A stretch of 64,000 nt of DNA from Deltaproteobacteria bacterium (GTDB taxonomy: Bacteria; UBA10199; JACPAL01; JAHFST01). Shown here in pieces: positions 1 to 10,236 of the stretch; position 1 is the first letter of the stretch, and every line of letters begins with the position of its first letter. The notes below the pieces were generated by a model. That model was not told the origin of the DNA, made no database searches, and saw nothing but the letters and a program-made list of their open reading frames with translations. The translations under genes were made by a program, and so were the position numbers. Location: the NCBI GenBank assembly GCA_023265625.1, contig JAHFST010000004.1, positions 129,709-193,708 on the forward strand, read 5' to 3'.

Positions 1-173
1 TCCATGACGTTGATTTTCCAATTTGGCTTGGAACCAAGCGCAAACTTTGTAATCGTCCTCTCACAATCTGATGCTCTCAAAAATCAGTCTCCCCTGGCTT
101 TTGCCATGGTTTCATTTACCCACAAAAAGAAAAAAGCACCGAGCCGACTTGACTAAGTGCTTGATTCTAAATG

Positions 174-245
174 AGCGGGAGACGGGGGTTGAACCCGCGA
201 CCCTTAGCTTGGGAAGCTAATGCTCTACCACTGAGCTACTCCCGC
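174..245 (-). tRNA. tRNA-Gly (anticodon CCC), CCA not encoded
   Basis: Minus strand GCGGGAGTAGCTCAGTGGTAGAGCATTAGCTTCCCAAGCTAAGGGTCGCGGGTTCAACCCCCGTCTCCCGCT folds as a cloverleaf: GCGGGAG/CTCCCGC acceptor stem, TTAGC-TTCCCAA-GCTAA anticodon arm, GGTTCAA T-loop. Confidence 0.96.
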
Positions 246-264
246 AGTTTTCCAACGCCGAAGG

Positions 265-293
265 ACTTTAACCACACAACTCTCGAATATCAA
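265..293 (-). promoter_or_regulatory. Putative sigma70 promoter of tRNA-Gly
   Basis: TTGATA-N17-TAAAGT on the minus strand about 20 nt upstream of the tRNA. Confidence 0.5.
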
Positions 294-427
294 TATGAAA
301 TTAACATATGAAATAAACCGATTTCACTTTGGCAATTGGAATGGGTCCAAAAGTCATTGTGAGGTCATTATCGGGTCAATTTCGTCTCTTTCGTGGGAGC
401 ATTGTGGAAAAGAATTTAAGGGGTGAA

Positions 428-712
428 TTATCTAAGGCTAATCTCGACCCGTCGTCCCACAACAGAAGCAAACTTGATGAGGGTATCCAATTCGATATTG
501 GCTTCGGGATCACTGATGAGCCTTTCCACCTGTGATTTGCTGGTTCCCATTAGGGTCGCCACCTTCCTGATGGACAGGTGGGACCGTGTCATGGCTCCCC
601 GTAGTCTTTCCGCCAGCCTCAAACGTTCCTTTTCCTTCTTGAACAAGACCTCAAATTTTGGACTTTTCAAGTCCATTGCGAGGTCTTTGTGAAAATCTCC
701 GCTGGTTTTCAT
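428..712 (-). CDS. XRE-family HTH antitoxin (HigA-like)
   Basis: 94 aa with HTH (SIRKVATLMGTSKSQVERL); directly downstream of a RelE-like toxin; GGAGG SD. Confidence 0.8.
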   Translation of the reverse strand: MKTSGDFHKDLAMDLKSPKFEVLFKKEKERLRLAERLRGAMTRSHLSIRKVATLMGTSKSQVERLISDPEANIELDTLIKFASVVGRRVEISLR

Positions 713-725
713 AATTAACCCTCCT

Positions 726-1043
726 TTACGAGTTCATTCGGTTGCAAGCCGTCTCAATCTCCCGCTGCGGTGTCTTATCCGACTTCTTCCGAAAGGCGTG
801 AAGCAACACGACCCTTCCCTCATGGTAACAGTAAAAAACCCGATGGTTTCCGGGTCGTAATTCATAGAGGCCGGGGTAACCAGAAATCTTCTTGGCATGA
901 GGTTCATTCAGGACCACCTTCTCCGAAAGATAATCAATCAGGGCCTTCACCTTGGCTCGTTCCTTATCGGGAAGTGAGTCGATATAACCCCGTACCGGCT
1001 GATCTCCACGCACTGTCTCAAAGTAGGTAACCTTGATGCCCAC
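726..1043 (-). CDS. RelE/HigB (Gp49-like) toxin
   Basis: EPHAKKI..GLYELR..HRVFY..VVLLHAFRKKSDKTP..EIE signature; toxin-first gene order. Confidence 0.85.
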   Translation of the reverse strand: MGIKVTYFETVRGDQPVRGYIDSLPDKERAKVKALIDYLSEKVVLNEPHAKKISGYPGLYELRPGNHRVFYCYHEGRVVLLHAFRKKSDKTPQREIETACNRMNS

Positions 1044-1051
1044 TAATAAGA

Positions 1052-1080
1052 AGTGTACCTATAAATAGGGACATTGTCAA
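1052..1080 (-). promoter_or_regulatory. TA promoter with overlapping operator palindrome
   Basis: TTGACA-N17-TACACT ending 8 nt before the GTG start (near-leaderless); imperfect palindrome TGTACCTATAAATAGGGACA at 1054-1073. Confidence 0.65.
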
Positions 1081-1136
1081 AGTAAGGTTTGCTGGGTGAA
1101 ATATGCTACGTGGTTACGAACTTATGTAAAACTGAC

Positions 1137-1150
1137 CTGATAAGAATCAT
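1137..1150 (+). promoter_or_regulatory. FNR/CRP-family box upstream of porin-nnrS
   Basis: CTGAT-AAGA-ATCAT; the same motif recurs at 3633, 3655 and 20766. Confidence 0.6.
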
Positions 1151-1258
1151 ATCGTCTCCTGTTTCCCATCATTGGCCTATCCACAAATAAAATTAATGTG
1201 GTTTCATATTTCATAAATATTATCTAAGACCACATTTCACTAACTTAGGGGGATTCTT

Positions 1259-2455
1259 ATGCGTAAAAAGATTCAATGGTGGGTCACTACCGCTCTCATG
1301 ATCGTGGTCACGCAACTCTTGCCCACCGGTTCGGCGCAGGCGACCATCGAGGGCGGATATAAGGACGGCCTTTACCTCCAAACGGACGACGGGAATTACC
1401 AGGTTAAAACGAATTTCTTTCTGCAGTTTCAGCATCAGTTCTTGAACATCGAGGGGCAAGGCAAGACAAACGGGCTGCAGATTCGGCGCAGTCGGGTGGT
1501 TTTTTCCGGCAACGCCTTTTCACCCGAATTGACCTACAAGTTTGAATTGGAACTCGGGAGCGGCCTGACCAATAATGTTTCCCGGGCCGTTGCCGAGACG
1601 GGTCCGAATCTGCGTGATGCATGGATCAATTATGACGTTAAAAACGGCATCGAAATCAGGGCGGGGCAATTCAAGGTCCCTTTCAACCTGGCCGAACTGA
1701 TCCCCGACCACAAGCAACAGTTTATCGATCGTTCCACGGTCAATGACGCCTTGGGTTACAGTCGCGACATGGGGATTGATGTGCACGGGCGCGTGATTGA
1801 TAAAAAATTGGAATATCATGTCTACGTATTTAATGAAGGCTTGAACAGCAACAAGTTCAACAACACCAACGATATGCTGTTTGGCGGCCGCTTAGGTTAC
1901 AATTTTCTCGGCGACCACGGCTACACCTCCAGTGACGTGGAGGATTCCGAAGACCCCCAGCTCATGGCGGGAGTTGCCACCACCGTCAATCGTGTCAATC
2001 CAGCCGGAGCGAAACAAACCCTCATCGCCACCACGGGGGATGTGGCCTTTCGCTATAAGGGATTTTCCACCATCGGTTCGGGCTATTATCTGCGCAATCA
2101 GACCGGCAAGACGAACACCTATGCCTTGGAGGGGCAAGCCGGTTATTTCGTTATTCCAAAACATCTGGAAGTCATCGCCCGCTACAGTGGCGTCATTCCA
2201 ACGGCAGGCGGTGTTACCAACGGGCATGAAGTCGGCGGCGGCTTGAATTACACCTTCTACGGGCATCGCCTCAAACTCATGATGGACTATGCCATTTTGA
2301 TCAATAGTCCGCTGGTGCTGGGCAACACGACGGTGGTGCCAGCCATCGCCGCCGTGGCCGGCCCCAAGGCCATTATTGTGACCGGAGGCGCACCGGCCTT
2401 CATTCAAAATCAGAACGATCACCGCGTCAGAACCCAATTGCAGGTATTTTTCTGA
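1259..2455 (+). CDS. Outer-membrane porin, OprO/OprP (anion-selective) family
   Basis: Signal peptide, IRRSR, LRDAWI, GQFKVPF, RDMG motifs; C-terminal QLQVFF barrel signal. Confidence 0.8.
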   Translation: MRKKIQWWVTTALMIVVTQLLPTGSAQATIEGGYKDGLYLQTDDGNYQVKTNFFLQFQHQFLNIEGQGKTNGLQIRRSRVVFSGNAFSPELTYKFELELGSGLTNNVSRAVAETGPNLRDAWINYDVKNGIEIRAGQFKVPFNLAELIPDHKQQFIDRSTVNDALGYSRDMGIDVHGRVIDKKLEYHVYVFNEGLNSNKFNNTNDMLFGGRLGYNFLGDHGYTSSDVEDSEDPQLMAGVATTVNRVNPAGAKQTLIATTGDVAFRYKGFSTIGSGYYLRNQTGKTNTYALEGQAGYFVIPKHLEVIARYSGVIPTAGGVTNGHEVGGGLNYTFYGHRLKLMMDYAILINSPLVLGNTTVVPAIAAVAGPKAIIVTGGAPAFIQNQNDHRVRTQLQVFF

Positions 2456-3636
2456 CGATCGAACGGCCGCGCTCCCTAAATCCTTATCAGATCTGGTTTC
2501 CGATCGGATGGTTGTTTGGGATGGTGGGAGTGTCTCTCTGGCTTTTTCTCGTCACCGGGACCATTTCCTTTTACCCTAGAGAAATACACGCCGATATCAT
2601 GATGGGTGGTTTTCTCTTTCTCTTCTCAGCCGGATTTCTGATGACGGCCTTGCCCCAATTCACGGCAAGTTTTCCAATGGTCACCCATGAGTGGATTATT
2701 TTTGGCCTGTTGACCCTCTTTTTATCCGTAACCGCTCTCTTGCAAGATCGCTTTCCATTTCATTTCACTCTTGCCTTAAGTTTTACATTCCTGATCCGTT
2801 TTTTTATTTGGCGGATTTTCAAACGGACGGCCATGCCGCCTCCGCCTCTTTGGTTTGCATTAATTGGCCTCTTTGTTGGTTTGGCGGGAATTACACTGAT
2901 CGCGGTTTATGAGAAAACGGGACAAACTGAGGTATTGCTGTCCTTGGGAAGACTCTTTTTTTACCAGGGCATGCAACTTTTTCTGGTCTTGGGCGTTGGT
3001 CTCTTCTTGATTCCGAATCTCTTGGGAAATTTTTCTTGTTCGCCCCCGATGGGCTTTGGAAATTCCCAGCCTGCTTACCTGGCATCGATTCCCAAACCAT
3101 TTTGGACCATTGCGACATTGCTGATCGCTTCGTTCATTTTAGAGGCTCACTCCTGTCCGATACTCGGTCGCATGATTCGAGCGATGCTATTTTCTTTAGT
3201 GGCGTTTCATGACTGGAAAATGATGCGTCTCCCACGCGTGCGCTCGACCCTATCCATCGGCCTATGGATCTCCTGCTGGTTTTTAATCGGAGGTCTTTGG
3301 TTGCAGGTCATGGCTCCCAACACGGATCTCCATGTGAGACACCTCACCTATATCGGAGGTTTTAGTCTGATGACACTCATGATCGCCACACGTGTCACCT
3401 TGGCTCATGGCGGACATGACTTGAGGATTGAAAAGGATTCTCTGCTGCTAAAAATAACTCTCGGTTTGATCGTATTGGCTGCATTGACCAGGGCCAGCGC
3501 CCGTTTTCTTCCGGAGGCATTTTACTGGCAGCACCTGGGTTATTCCGCCCTGGCCTGGATGGGTGCCTCATTTCTGTGGGCGTGGCTGTGTCTCCCCAAA
3601 ATACCCGCGCTCGTCACCCCCGATGGAAACACCTGA
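2452..3636 (+). CDS. nnrS: NnrS-family NO-response membrane protein (start probably upstream of the ORF-track start 2512)
   Basis: Polytopic protein with HADIMMGGF, GFLMTALPQF, HLTYIGGF, ATRVTLAHGG; the in-frame upstream segment NPYQIWFPIG matches the usual NnrS N-terminal PY..FFP motif. Confidence 0.8.
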   Translation: MTIERPRSLNPYQIWFPIGWLFGMVGVSLWLFLVTGTISFYPREIHADIMMGGFLFLFSAGFLMTALPQFTASFPMVTHEWIIFGLLTLFLSVTALLQDRFPFHFTLALSFTFLIRFFIWRIFKRTAMPPPPLWFALIGLFVGLAGITLIAVYEKTGQTEVLLSLGRLFFYQGMQLFLVLGVGLFLIPNLLGNFSCSPPMGFGNSQPAYLASIPKPFWTIATLLIASFILEAHSCPILGRMIRAMLFSLVAFHDWKMMRLPRVRSTLSIGLWISCWFLIGGLWLQVMAPNTDLHVRHLTYIGGFSLMTLMIATRVTLAHGGHDLRIEKDSLLLKITLGLIVLAALTRASARFLPEAFYWQHLGYSALAWMGASFLWAWLCLPKIPALVTPDGNT

Positions 3637-3668
3637 TAAAGATCATGCGGTTCGTTGATCCTGATCAT
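3633..3668 (+). promoter_or_regulatory. Tandem FNR/CRP-family boxes of the narC-nar-act promoter
   Basis: CTGAT-AAAG-ATCAT (3633-3646) and TTGAT-CCTG-ATCAT (3655-3668), 22 bp apart; the proximal box is centred about 43 bp before the ATG at 3705. Confidence 0.7.
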
Positions 3669-3704
3669 ACCTCTTGCAACGTTTTTTAGTCATTATCTTC
3701 CGTA

Positions 3705-4511
3705 ATGAAAAAGTTCGTCCTGTTTCTTTTCGCCTTCGCCCCCCTGGTTGTATTTAGCAATAATATCCACGCCTTCGATGCACCCGCGTATTTTACAAAA
3801 AACTGTAGCAGCTGCCACACCGTTGGCGGGGGTGACGACGTGGGTCCGGATCTCAAGGGGATTTCGGACCGGCGCAGCAAGGAATGGCTAACGACTTGGA
3901 TCCCATCTTCGCAATCCATGATCGAGAAAGGTGACCCCATCGGTGTTGAGCTCTTCAATAAATTTAAAAGGAAGAAGATGCCTGATCAAGATCTCAACCC
4001 GGAAGAAGTGGCGGCCCTGCTCGCTTTCATCAAGGCGGGCGGACCGGCGGAGGCTCCGATAGACAGTCGGCCGGCCTCCAGCGCCACTGAGGCAGACATT
4101 GCGAAGGGGCGAGAACTTTTTCTCGGAAAAATTCCTCTCAGCCATGGCGCTCCTGCCTGCATCTCCTGTCACGGGGCCGGTGGTGTCGGGATGTTGGGTG
4201 GCGGCACCTTCGCCCCCAACCTGACGCAGGCCTATTCCAAATATGAAGATAAGGGGCTCTCAAAGTCCCTCGCCAAACCGGGCTTTCGGGTGATGAAAGA
4301 GGTATTTGCCGACAAGCCGCTGACCGCCGACGAGGCCTTTGCCCTCAAGGCCTTCCTCTATCAGACTGACAAGGCAGGATATCAAGGCGGCGATGAGCAG
4401 AAAAAGTTTATTTTCCTGGGGATGGGCGGCTGCGCCGTTCTTCTTGGGGTGACGGACTTTATCTGGAGAAAACGCCGTCGCAAATCAACCAAACCGTGGG
4501 CGAAAGGTTAA
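3705..4511 (+). CDS. Membrane-anchored periplasmic diheme cytochrome c (NarC-like)
   Basis: Signal peptide, CSSCH and CISCH, C-terminal TM helix with basic tail; immediately upstream of narG. Confidence 0.85.
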   Translation: MKKFVLFLFAFAPLVVFSNNIHAFDAPAYFTKNCSSCHTVGGGDDVGPDLKGISDRRSKEWLTTWIPSSQSMIEKGDPIGVELFNKFKRKKMPDQDLNPEEVAALLAFIKAGGPAEAPIDSRPASSATEADIAKGRELFLGKIPLSHGAPACISCHGAGGVGMLGGGTFAPNLTQAYSKYEDKGLSKSLAKPGFRVMKEVFADKPLTADEAFALKAFLYQTDKAGYQGGDEQKKFIFLGMGGCAVLLGVTDFIWRKRRRKSTKPWAKG

Positions 4512-4513
4512 TT

Positions 4514-7500
4514 ATGCCGGAGAAAAAGAGAAATTGGATCGACGATCTTGTCTCCCCTGAAACACGGGACTGGGAAGAATTTTATCGCAATCGTTGGCAA
4601 TACGACAAGGTCGTCCGCAGCTCGCATGGGGTAAATTGCACCGGTGGCTGCTCCTGGAACATCCATGTGAAAGACGGGATTGTCACCTGGGAGATGCAGG
4701 CCCTCGATTATCCCCTGTTGGAAAAATCGCTGCCGGCTTACGAGCCCCGAGGTTGCCAACGCGGCATCTCGTTTTCCTGGTATCTCTACAGCCCGATTCG
4801 CGTGAAATATCCCTATATCCGGGGGGCCCTGCTCGATCTCTGGCAGGACATGAAGGCGAAGTACGGTGATCCGGTGGAGGCCTGGAAGGCGATTCAAGAC
4901 AATCCGGACCTGCGCGAACGCTATCAACGGGCCCGTGGCAAGGGCGGATTTCGTCGGATCGTGTGGGAGGAGGCCCTCGAGCTGATTTCCGCCGCCAACA
5001 TTCACACGGTCAAGAAATACGGTCCGGATCGTTTGACCGGGTTCTCGCCCATCCCCGCCATGTCGATGATCAGCTACGCCTCGGGGGCGCGTTTTCTCCA
5101 GTTGATGGGGGGCGTATGTCTCAGTTTTTACGATTGGTACTGCGACCTGCCACCGGCGTCACCGGAAATTTGGGGCGAACAAACGGATGTGGCCGAAAGT
5201 GCCGATTGGTTTAATTCAAAATTTCTCGCCGTGATGGGAGCCAATCTCAATATGACCCGTACGCCCGACTGCCACTTTGCCGCTGAGGCGCGGCACAACG
5301 GCACCAAGATGGTCGTTTTTGCCCCCGACTTCAATCAAGTGGCCAAGTATGCCGATCAATGGATTCCCATCCACGCCGGCCAGGACGGGGCCTTTTGGAT
5401 GTCGGTGGGACACGTCATCCTCAAGGAATACCATCACGAAAAGAAGATCCCTTATTTTCTGGAATACACCAAGCGGTACACGGATTGCCCTTTTCTGGTG
5501 GAACTTGTGAAAAAGGGAAATCATTACGAGCCCGGGAAATTCTTGCGCGCCAATCGACTGAAAAAATATGAAAAGACCGAGTTGGGGGACTGGAAATTTA
5601 TTGTCCTGGATGAAAAATCAGGCCAGCCCTTCTGTCCGAAGGGGAGCGTGGGCCATCGCTGGCAGGAAAAGCCGGGACAATGGAATCTGGAATGGAAGGA
5701 CAGTGTGGATGATACGGCGTTTGAACCCAGACTCTCACTCCTGGAGAACTCTCACGACATACTTCAAGTTCAGTTTCGGGAGTTTGGTAACGACACCGAA
5801 GGGCTGCGCGGCGTCCCGATCCAATATCTGGAAACCAATGAGGGTAAGGTAGCTGTCACCACCGTCTATGATTTGTTGATGGGTCAATACGGGGTCGCGC
5901 GCGGGCTTGCCGGCGACTATCCGACAGACTACGACGTTGAAGAGGCCGGCTACACCCCCGCGTGGCAGGAAAAATTCACCGGGGTCGGGAAGAAAACGTT
6001 GCTGCAATTCGCCCGCTCTTGGGCAGAGACAGCGGAAAAAACCGGTGGAAAATGTTCCATCATCATCGGCGCCGGCATTGATCATTGGTATCACAATAAC
6101 CTGATCTATCGCGCCGGCATCAATGCCCTGATGTTTTGCGGATGCATCGGTGTCAACGGCGGCGGTCTCAATCATTATGTCGGGCAGGAAAAATTGGCGC
6201 CCCAGGCGCCCTGGAGCTCCATTGCCTTCGCCAAAGACTGGCATGCGCCGTCACGGCTGCAAAACGCCCCTTCGTGGCACTATCTGCATTCCGACCAATG
6301 GCGTTATGAGGGGGAATTCAGCGAGTACCACAAGTGTCCGGACGATCCGCTGACCCGAGGACATACAGCGGATTTCAACATCCGGGCGGTCAAGAATGGT
6401 TGGCTCCCCTTCTATCCCCAGTACAACAAGAGCAATCTCGAGCTCTGCGCGGAGGCGACTAAGAATGGGGCCAAGAATGACGCCGAGATCGCCGCCTATG
6501 TTTTGGCGCAGGTAAAGGCAAAAAAGATTGAGCACTCGGTCGAAAACCCCGATGCCCAGGAAAACTGGCCCCGTGTCTGGTACATCTGGCGCGGCAATGC
6601 CTTGATGTCCTCTGCCAAGGGACATGAGTATTTTTTAAAACATTATTTGGGAACTCACACCAACACCATAGCCGATGAACTCGCCAAGGATAGTGTCAAG
6701 GAAATCAAATGGTGGGAACACGCCCCGCGCGGAAAAATGGACCTGATTGTGGACCTGAACTTCCGGATGGACACGTCGGCCCTCTACTCCGACATCATCC
6801 TGCCAGCGGCCACTTGGTATGAAAAAGCCGATCTCAATACCACCGATATGCATTCGTATATTCACCCACTTTCGAAGGCGATTACACCTGCCTGGGAATC
6901 ACGGAGTGACTGGGATATCTTTCGGTCTATTGCCAAGAAAACAAGTGAATTGGCAGAAAAGTACCTCCCCAACCCGGTGAAGGATGTCGTGACTCTCCCC
7001 TTAATGCACGATTCACCGGATGAAATGGCCCAGAAGCAGGTCCTCGATTGGAGCAAGGGAGAGTGCGATCCGATCCCGGGAAAATCCATGTACAAGTTTG
7101 CCGTGGTCGAGCGTGACTACACACAGATTTACCACAAATTTATTTCACTGGGTCCGCTCGCGCGCTCCGGCCTTGGGGCCCATGGGGTCAAATACGACAG
7201 CTCCGATTTTTACGATCAAATGATGAAGGATCTACCGACCATCGAGTGGGGCGGAAATAAATATCCCTCGATCAAAGAAGACATCGAGGCGGCGAATGCC
7301 GTCCTGCAACTGGCGCCAGAGACCAATGGAGAATTGGCCTATCGGGCCTATGAACACGTCGAAAAAAGGGTCGGACTGAAGCTGACTGATCTTGCCGCCG
7401 GTAGCCGTAACATCAGGACCAGCTATGCGGATCTTCAAGCCCAACCCCGTCGTCTCTTGAACAGCCCGATCTGGTCCGGACTCATGACGGATGGGCGGGC

Positions 7501-8143
7501 TTATTCAGCCTACACTTACAATATCGAAAAATTGGTTCCGTGGCGGACACTCACGGGACGACAGAGTTTCTACCTGGATCACGAGGCCTATATTGCCTTC
7601 GGCGAAAATCTGCCCGTCTACAAACCCTCGCCATCACCGGAGATGTACGGCGACCTGAAAAAGACCAAGATCGACGGCAAGGTGAAGGAAAAACGACTGA
7701 ACTATCTCACACCCCACGGCAAATGGCACATCCACTCCACTTACGGCGATACGCTGCGCATGCTCACCCTGTCGCGCGGGGCGGAGCCTTTCTGGATGAG
7801 CGAGACGGATGCGGCCGAACTTGAGATCAACGACAATGATTACGTCGAGGTACACAACGATCACGGCGTTGTGGTGACGCGCGCCTGCGTCAGTGCCCGT
7901 ATCCCCAAGGGAGTGTGCATCATCTACCACTCTCCCGAGCGCACCTACTCCGTGCCAAAATCACCGCTGCGCGGCAACCGGCGCGCCGGCGGGCATAACA
8001 GCCTGACGCGTGTCCGACTCAAACCAAATCTGATGGTGGGCGGCTATGCCCAATTTACTTATCATTTTAATTATTGGGGTCCGACGGGTTGCAACCGCGA
8101 TACCCATGTGCTGGTGAGAAAGTTGGATAAATTAATTTGGTAG
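4514..8143 (+). CDS. narG: Respiratory nitrate reductase (or NXR-like) alpha subunit
   Basis: [11 protein letters not shown]0 motif, [40 protein letters not shown]; no TAT signal; ATG at 4514. Confidence 0.97.
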   Translation: MPEKKRNWIDDLVSPETRDWEEFYRNRWQYDKVVRSSHGVNCTGGCSWNIHVKDGIVTWEMQALDYPLLEKSLPAYEPRGCQRGISFSWYLYSPIRVKYPYIRGALLDLWQDMKAKYGDPVEAWKAIQDNPDLRERYQRARGKGGFRRIVWEEALELISAANIHTVKKYGPDRLTGFSPIPAMSMISYASGARFLQLMGGVCLSFYDWYCDLPPASPEIWGEQTDVAESADWFNSKFLAVMGANLNMTRTPDCHFAAEARHNGTKMVVFAPDFNQVAKYADQWIPIHAGQDGAFWMSVGHVILKEYHHEKKIPYFLEYTKRYTDCPFLVELVKKGNHYEPGKFLRANRLKKYEKTELGDWKFIVLDEKSGQPFCPKGSVGHRWQEKPGQWNLEWKDSVDDTAFEPRLSLLENSHDILQVQFREFGNDTEGLRGVPIQYLETNEGKVAVTTVYDLLMGQYGVARGLAGDYPTDYDVEEAGYTPAWQEKFTGVGKKTLLQFARSWAETAEKTGGKCSIIIGAGIDHWYHNNLIYRAGINALMFCGCIGVNGGGLNHYVGQEKLAPQAPWSSIAFAKDWHAPSRLQNAPSWHYLHSDQWRYEGEFSEYHKCPDDPLTRGHTADFNIRAVKNGWLPFYPQYNKSNLELCAEATKNGAKNDAEIAAYVLAQVKAKKIEHSVENPDAQENWPRVWYIWRGNALMSSAKGHEYFLKHYLGTHTNTIADELAKDSVKEIKWWEHAPRGKMDLIVDLNFRMDTSALYSDIILPAATWYEKADLNTTDMHSYIHPLSKAITPAWESRSDWDIFRSIAKKTSELAEKYLPNPVKDVVTLPLMHDSPDEMAQKQVLDWSKGECDPIPGKSMYKFAVVERDYTQIYHKFISLGPLARSGLGAHGVKYDSSDFYDQMMKDLPTIEWGGNKYPSIKEDIEAANAVLQLAPETNGELAYRAYEHVEKRVGLKLTDLAAGSRNIRTSYADLQAQPRRLLNSPIWSGLMTDGRAYSAYTYNIEKLVPWRTLTGRQSFYLDHEAYIAFGENLPVYKPSPSPEMYGDLKKTKIDGKVKEKRLNYLTPHGKWHIHSTYGDTLRMLTLSRGAEPFWMSETDAAELEINDNDYVEVHNDHGVVVTRACVSARIPKGVCIIYHSPERTYSVPKSPLRGNRRAGGHNSLTRVRLKPNLMVGGYAQFTYHFNYWGPTGCNRDTHVLVRKLDKLIW

Positions 8144-8152
8144 GGAGACATC

Positions 8153-9643
8153 ATGGATATCCGTTCACAAATTGGCGTCGTCTTTCATCTTGATAAATGC
8201 ATCGGCTGTCATACCTGCTCGATCGCCTGCAAGAATGTCTGGACCGATCGAAAAGGCGCTGAATACATGTGGTGGAACAATGTCGAGACCAAGCCAGGCA
8301 CCGGTTACCCCACACAATGGGAAAATCAAGAAGAGTACAAGGGCGGCTGGGAGAAGAAGGGAAATAGCATCGTCCTGCGCGGGGCCGGAAAGCTCAAGGG
8401 GCTCAAGAATATTTTTCACAACCCAAATCTCCCAACCATCGACGACTATTACGAGCCGTGGACGTATCGCTACGAAGACCTGTTTACGGCCCCGGAAGGC
8501 AACGATCAGCCGACGGCGCGGCCGGTCTCCCTGATTACGGGCGAACCGATCGAGGTAAAGTCGGGTCCCAACTGGGATGACGACCTGTCCGGATCCCCCG
8601 ATTATGCCCGCAAGGATCCAAATTTTAAGAATCTCTCCGCCACCGAGCAGGAGGCGATGTTTCAAGTGGAAAAGATGGTGATGTTTTATCTCCCGCGGAT
8701 CTGCAACCACTGCCTGAATCCGGCCTGTGTCGCCGCTTGCCCGTCGGGGGCCATTTACAAGCGGGGCGAGGACGGTGTTGTCCTGATCAACCAGAATAAA
8801 TGCCGCGCCTGGCGGATGTGCGTAACGGCCTGTCCCTACAAAAAAACTTACTTCAATTGGTCCACCGGAAAATCGGAAAAATGCATCCTGTGTTACCCGC
8901 GCCTTGAGACGGGCCAGGCCCCCGCCTGCATGCATTCCTGCGTCGGACGGATCCGTTATCTCGGCGTTCTCCTCTACGACGCCGACCGGATCCACGAGGT
9001 GGCGTCCACCGAAGAGTCGCAATTGGTCGATTGGCAGCGTGACATGATCTTGGATCCCAACGATCCCAAGGTGATTGAGGAGGCCGTAAAAAATGGGGTT
9101 CATTTCTCGATCATCGAGGCCGCTCAGAAATCACCCGTGTACCGCTTCGTGAAGGAATGGAAGCTTGCCCTTCCCCTGCACCCCGAATATCGCACGCTGC
9201 CCATGCTGTTTTACGTGCCGCCGCTCTTGCCGATTTTAGGGACAACGGATGACGATATCTACGACACAACGACCGAAGGTCTCTTCTCCACCATCGAAAA
9301 AACCCGCCTGCCCATTCAATACTTAGCCAGCCTCTTCACCGCCGGCAATGAGGGAAAGATTCGCGAGGTCTTGAAAAAAATGATGGCCGTTCGGCTGCAT
9401 CGTCGCCACATCACCGTGGGCGACATGGACCCTGTGCTGGTGAGGAACGCCCTGCAGGAGGTTCAGACACCGCCGGACATGGCGGATGCGATCTATCGCC
9501 TCACGTCGCTCGCTAATTTCGAGGACCGATTTGTCATTCCGATGGCGCATCGTGAAGAGGCCATTGAGATGCTGGAATCCGTCTTCGAAGAAAAAGGCGC
9601 CACCGGGTTTGGCTTCCGCATGGCCCCAGAAAGGGGGCTCTGA
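8153..9643 (+). CDS. narH: Nitrate reductase beta subunit
   Basis: CIGCHTCSIAC, CNHCLNPACVAACP, CRAWRMCVTACP, CILCYPR Fe-S motifs. Confidence 0.97.
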   Translation: MDIRSQIGVVFHLDKCIGCHTCSIACKNVWTDRKGAEYMWWNNVETKPGTGYPTQWENQEEYKGGWEKKGNSIVLRGAGKLKGLKNIFHNPNLPTIDDYYEPWTYRYEDLFTAPEGNDQPTARPVSLITGEPIEVKSGPNWDDDLSGSPDYARKDPNFKNLSATEQEAMFQVEKMVMFYLPRICNHCLNPACVAACPSGAIYKRGEDGVVLINQNKCRAWRMCVTACPYKKTYFNWSTGKSEKCILCYPRLETGQAPACMHSCVGRIRYLGVLLYDADRIHEVASTEESQLVDWQRDMILDPNDPKVIEEAVKNGVHFSIIEAAQKSPVYRFVKEWKLALPLHPEYRTLPMLFYVPPLLPILGTTDDDIYDTTTEGLFSTIEKTRLPIQYLASLFTAGNEGKIREVLKKMMAVRLHRRHITVGDMDPVLVRNALQEVQTPPDMADAIYRLTSLANFEDRFVIPMAHREEAIEMLESVFEEKGATGFGFRMAPERGL

Positions 9644-10236
9644 TGCAAACCGACTACCCTTTCTTGGCCGATCTTTTAAAATATCCGACCGGCCAATTAA
9701 GAGTTCGATTGGCAGACTGTCAAAACGAGACTTTGTCTCCGTTGATCGATTACGTGCGCAGCGTCTCCGACACGGAATGGGAGGAACTCTACATCCGCAC
9801 CTTTGATATTCAGGCCATCTGCTATCTGGAGATCGGCTACGTCCTGTTCGGAGAGGATTACAAGCGTGGCCACTTTCTCGTCAAGTTGCAGGGCCTGCAA
9901 CGCGCCCATGACAATGACTGTGGCACGGAATTATCGGATCATCTGATCAACATCCTGACCCTCCTGCCCAAAATGCAGGATCGGGAAGAGGCGCGTGACA
10001 TGGTAGAGCGGCTCATCCTGCCCGCCATGCAAAAGATGCTGCAGGGTTTCTCCAAAGGGGGAAACGTCTATCAGGCGGTGTTGCAGACCATCGTGGCAGT
10101 CCTCAAAAAAGACTACGATTGTACCGACCCCATTGATGAAAAGCCCGGTCGCGATTTTAGCCACTACGACGCCTCGCTCGAATTGCCTTCTTACAACCCC
10201 AGCACGAATCCCTGGGATATTTGGAGGGAACCGTGA
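9643..10236 (+). CDS. narJ: Nitrate reductase chaperone delta subunit
   Basis: YIRTFD, GEDYKRG, ELSDHL motifs; lies between narH and narI. Confidence 0.9.
   Translation: MQTDYPFLADLLKYPTGQLRVRLADCQNETLSPLIDYVRSVSDTEWEELYIRTFDIQAICYLEIGYVLFGEDYKRGHFLVKLQGLQRAHDNDCGTELSDHLINILTLLPKMQDREEARDMVERLILPAMQKMLQGFSKGGNVYQAVLQTIVAVLKKDYDCTDPIDEKPGRDFSHYDASLELPSYNPSTNPWDIWREP

Noticed and set aside
1..173. Possible att site or island boundary at the tRNA-Gly 3' end (TAAGTGCTTGATT) and a weak AAGCAC/GTGCTT hairpin
   Set aside because: No integrase or duplicated tRNA 3' end in the window; cannot be judged without the left flank
293..1236. ATATGAAAT direct repeats (293-314), TTTCATATTTCATA near 1202 and an AATGTGGT/ACCACATT inverted repeat as Pho boxes or TA-cassette ends
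   Set aside because: Short AT-rich matches without the 11-bp Pho periodicity; could be chance
8165..9103. Long antisense ORFs (8165-9103, 11510-12214, 17276-18355, 25313-26074, 43653-44378, 52710-53348 and others)
   Set aside because: Shadow frames of well-supported genes, expected from codon bias; no motifs
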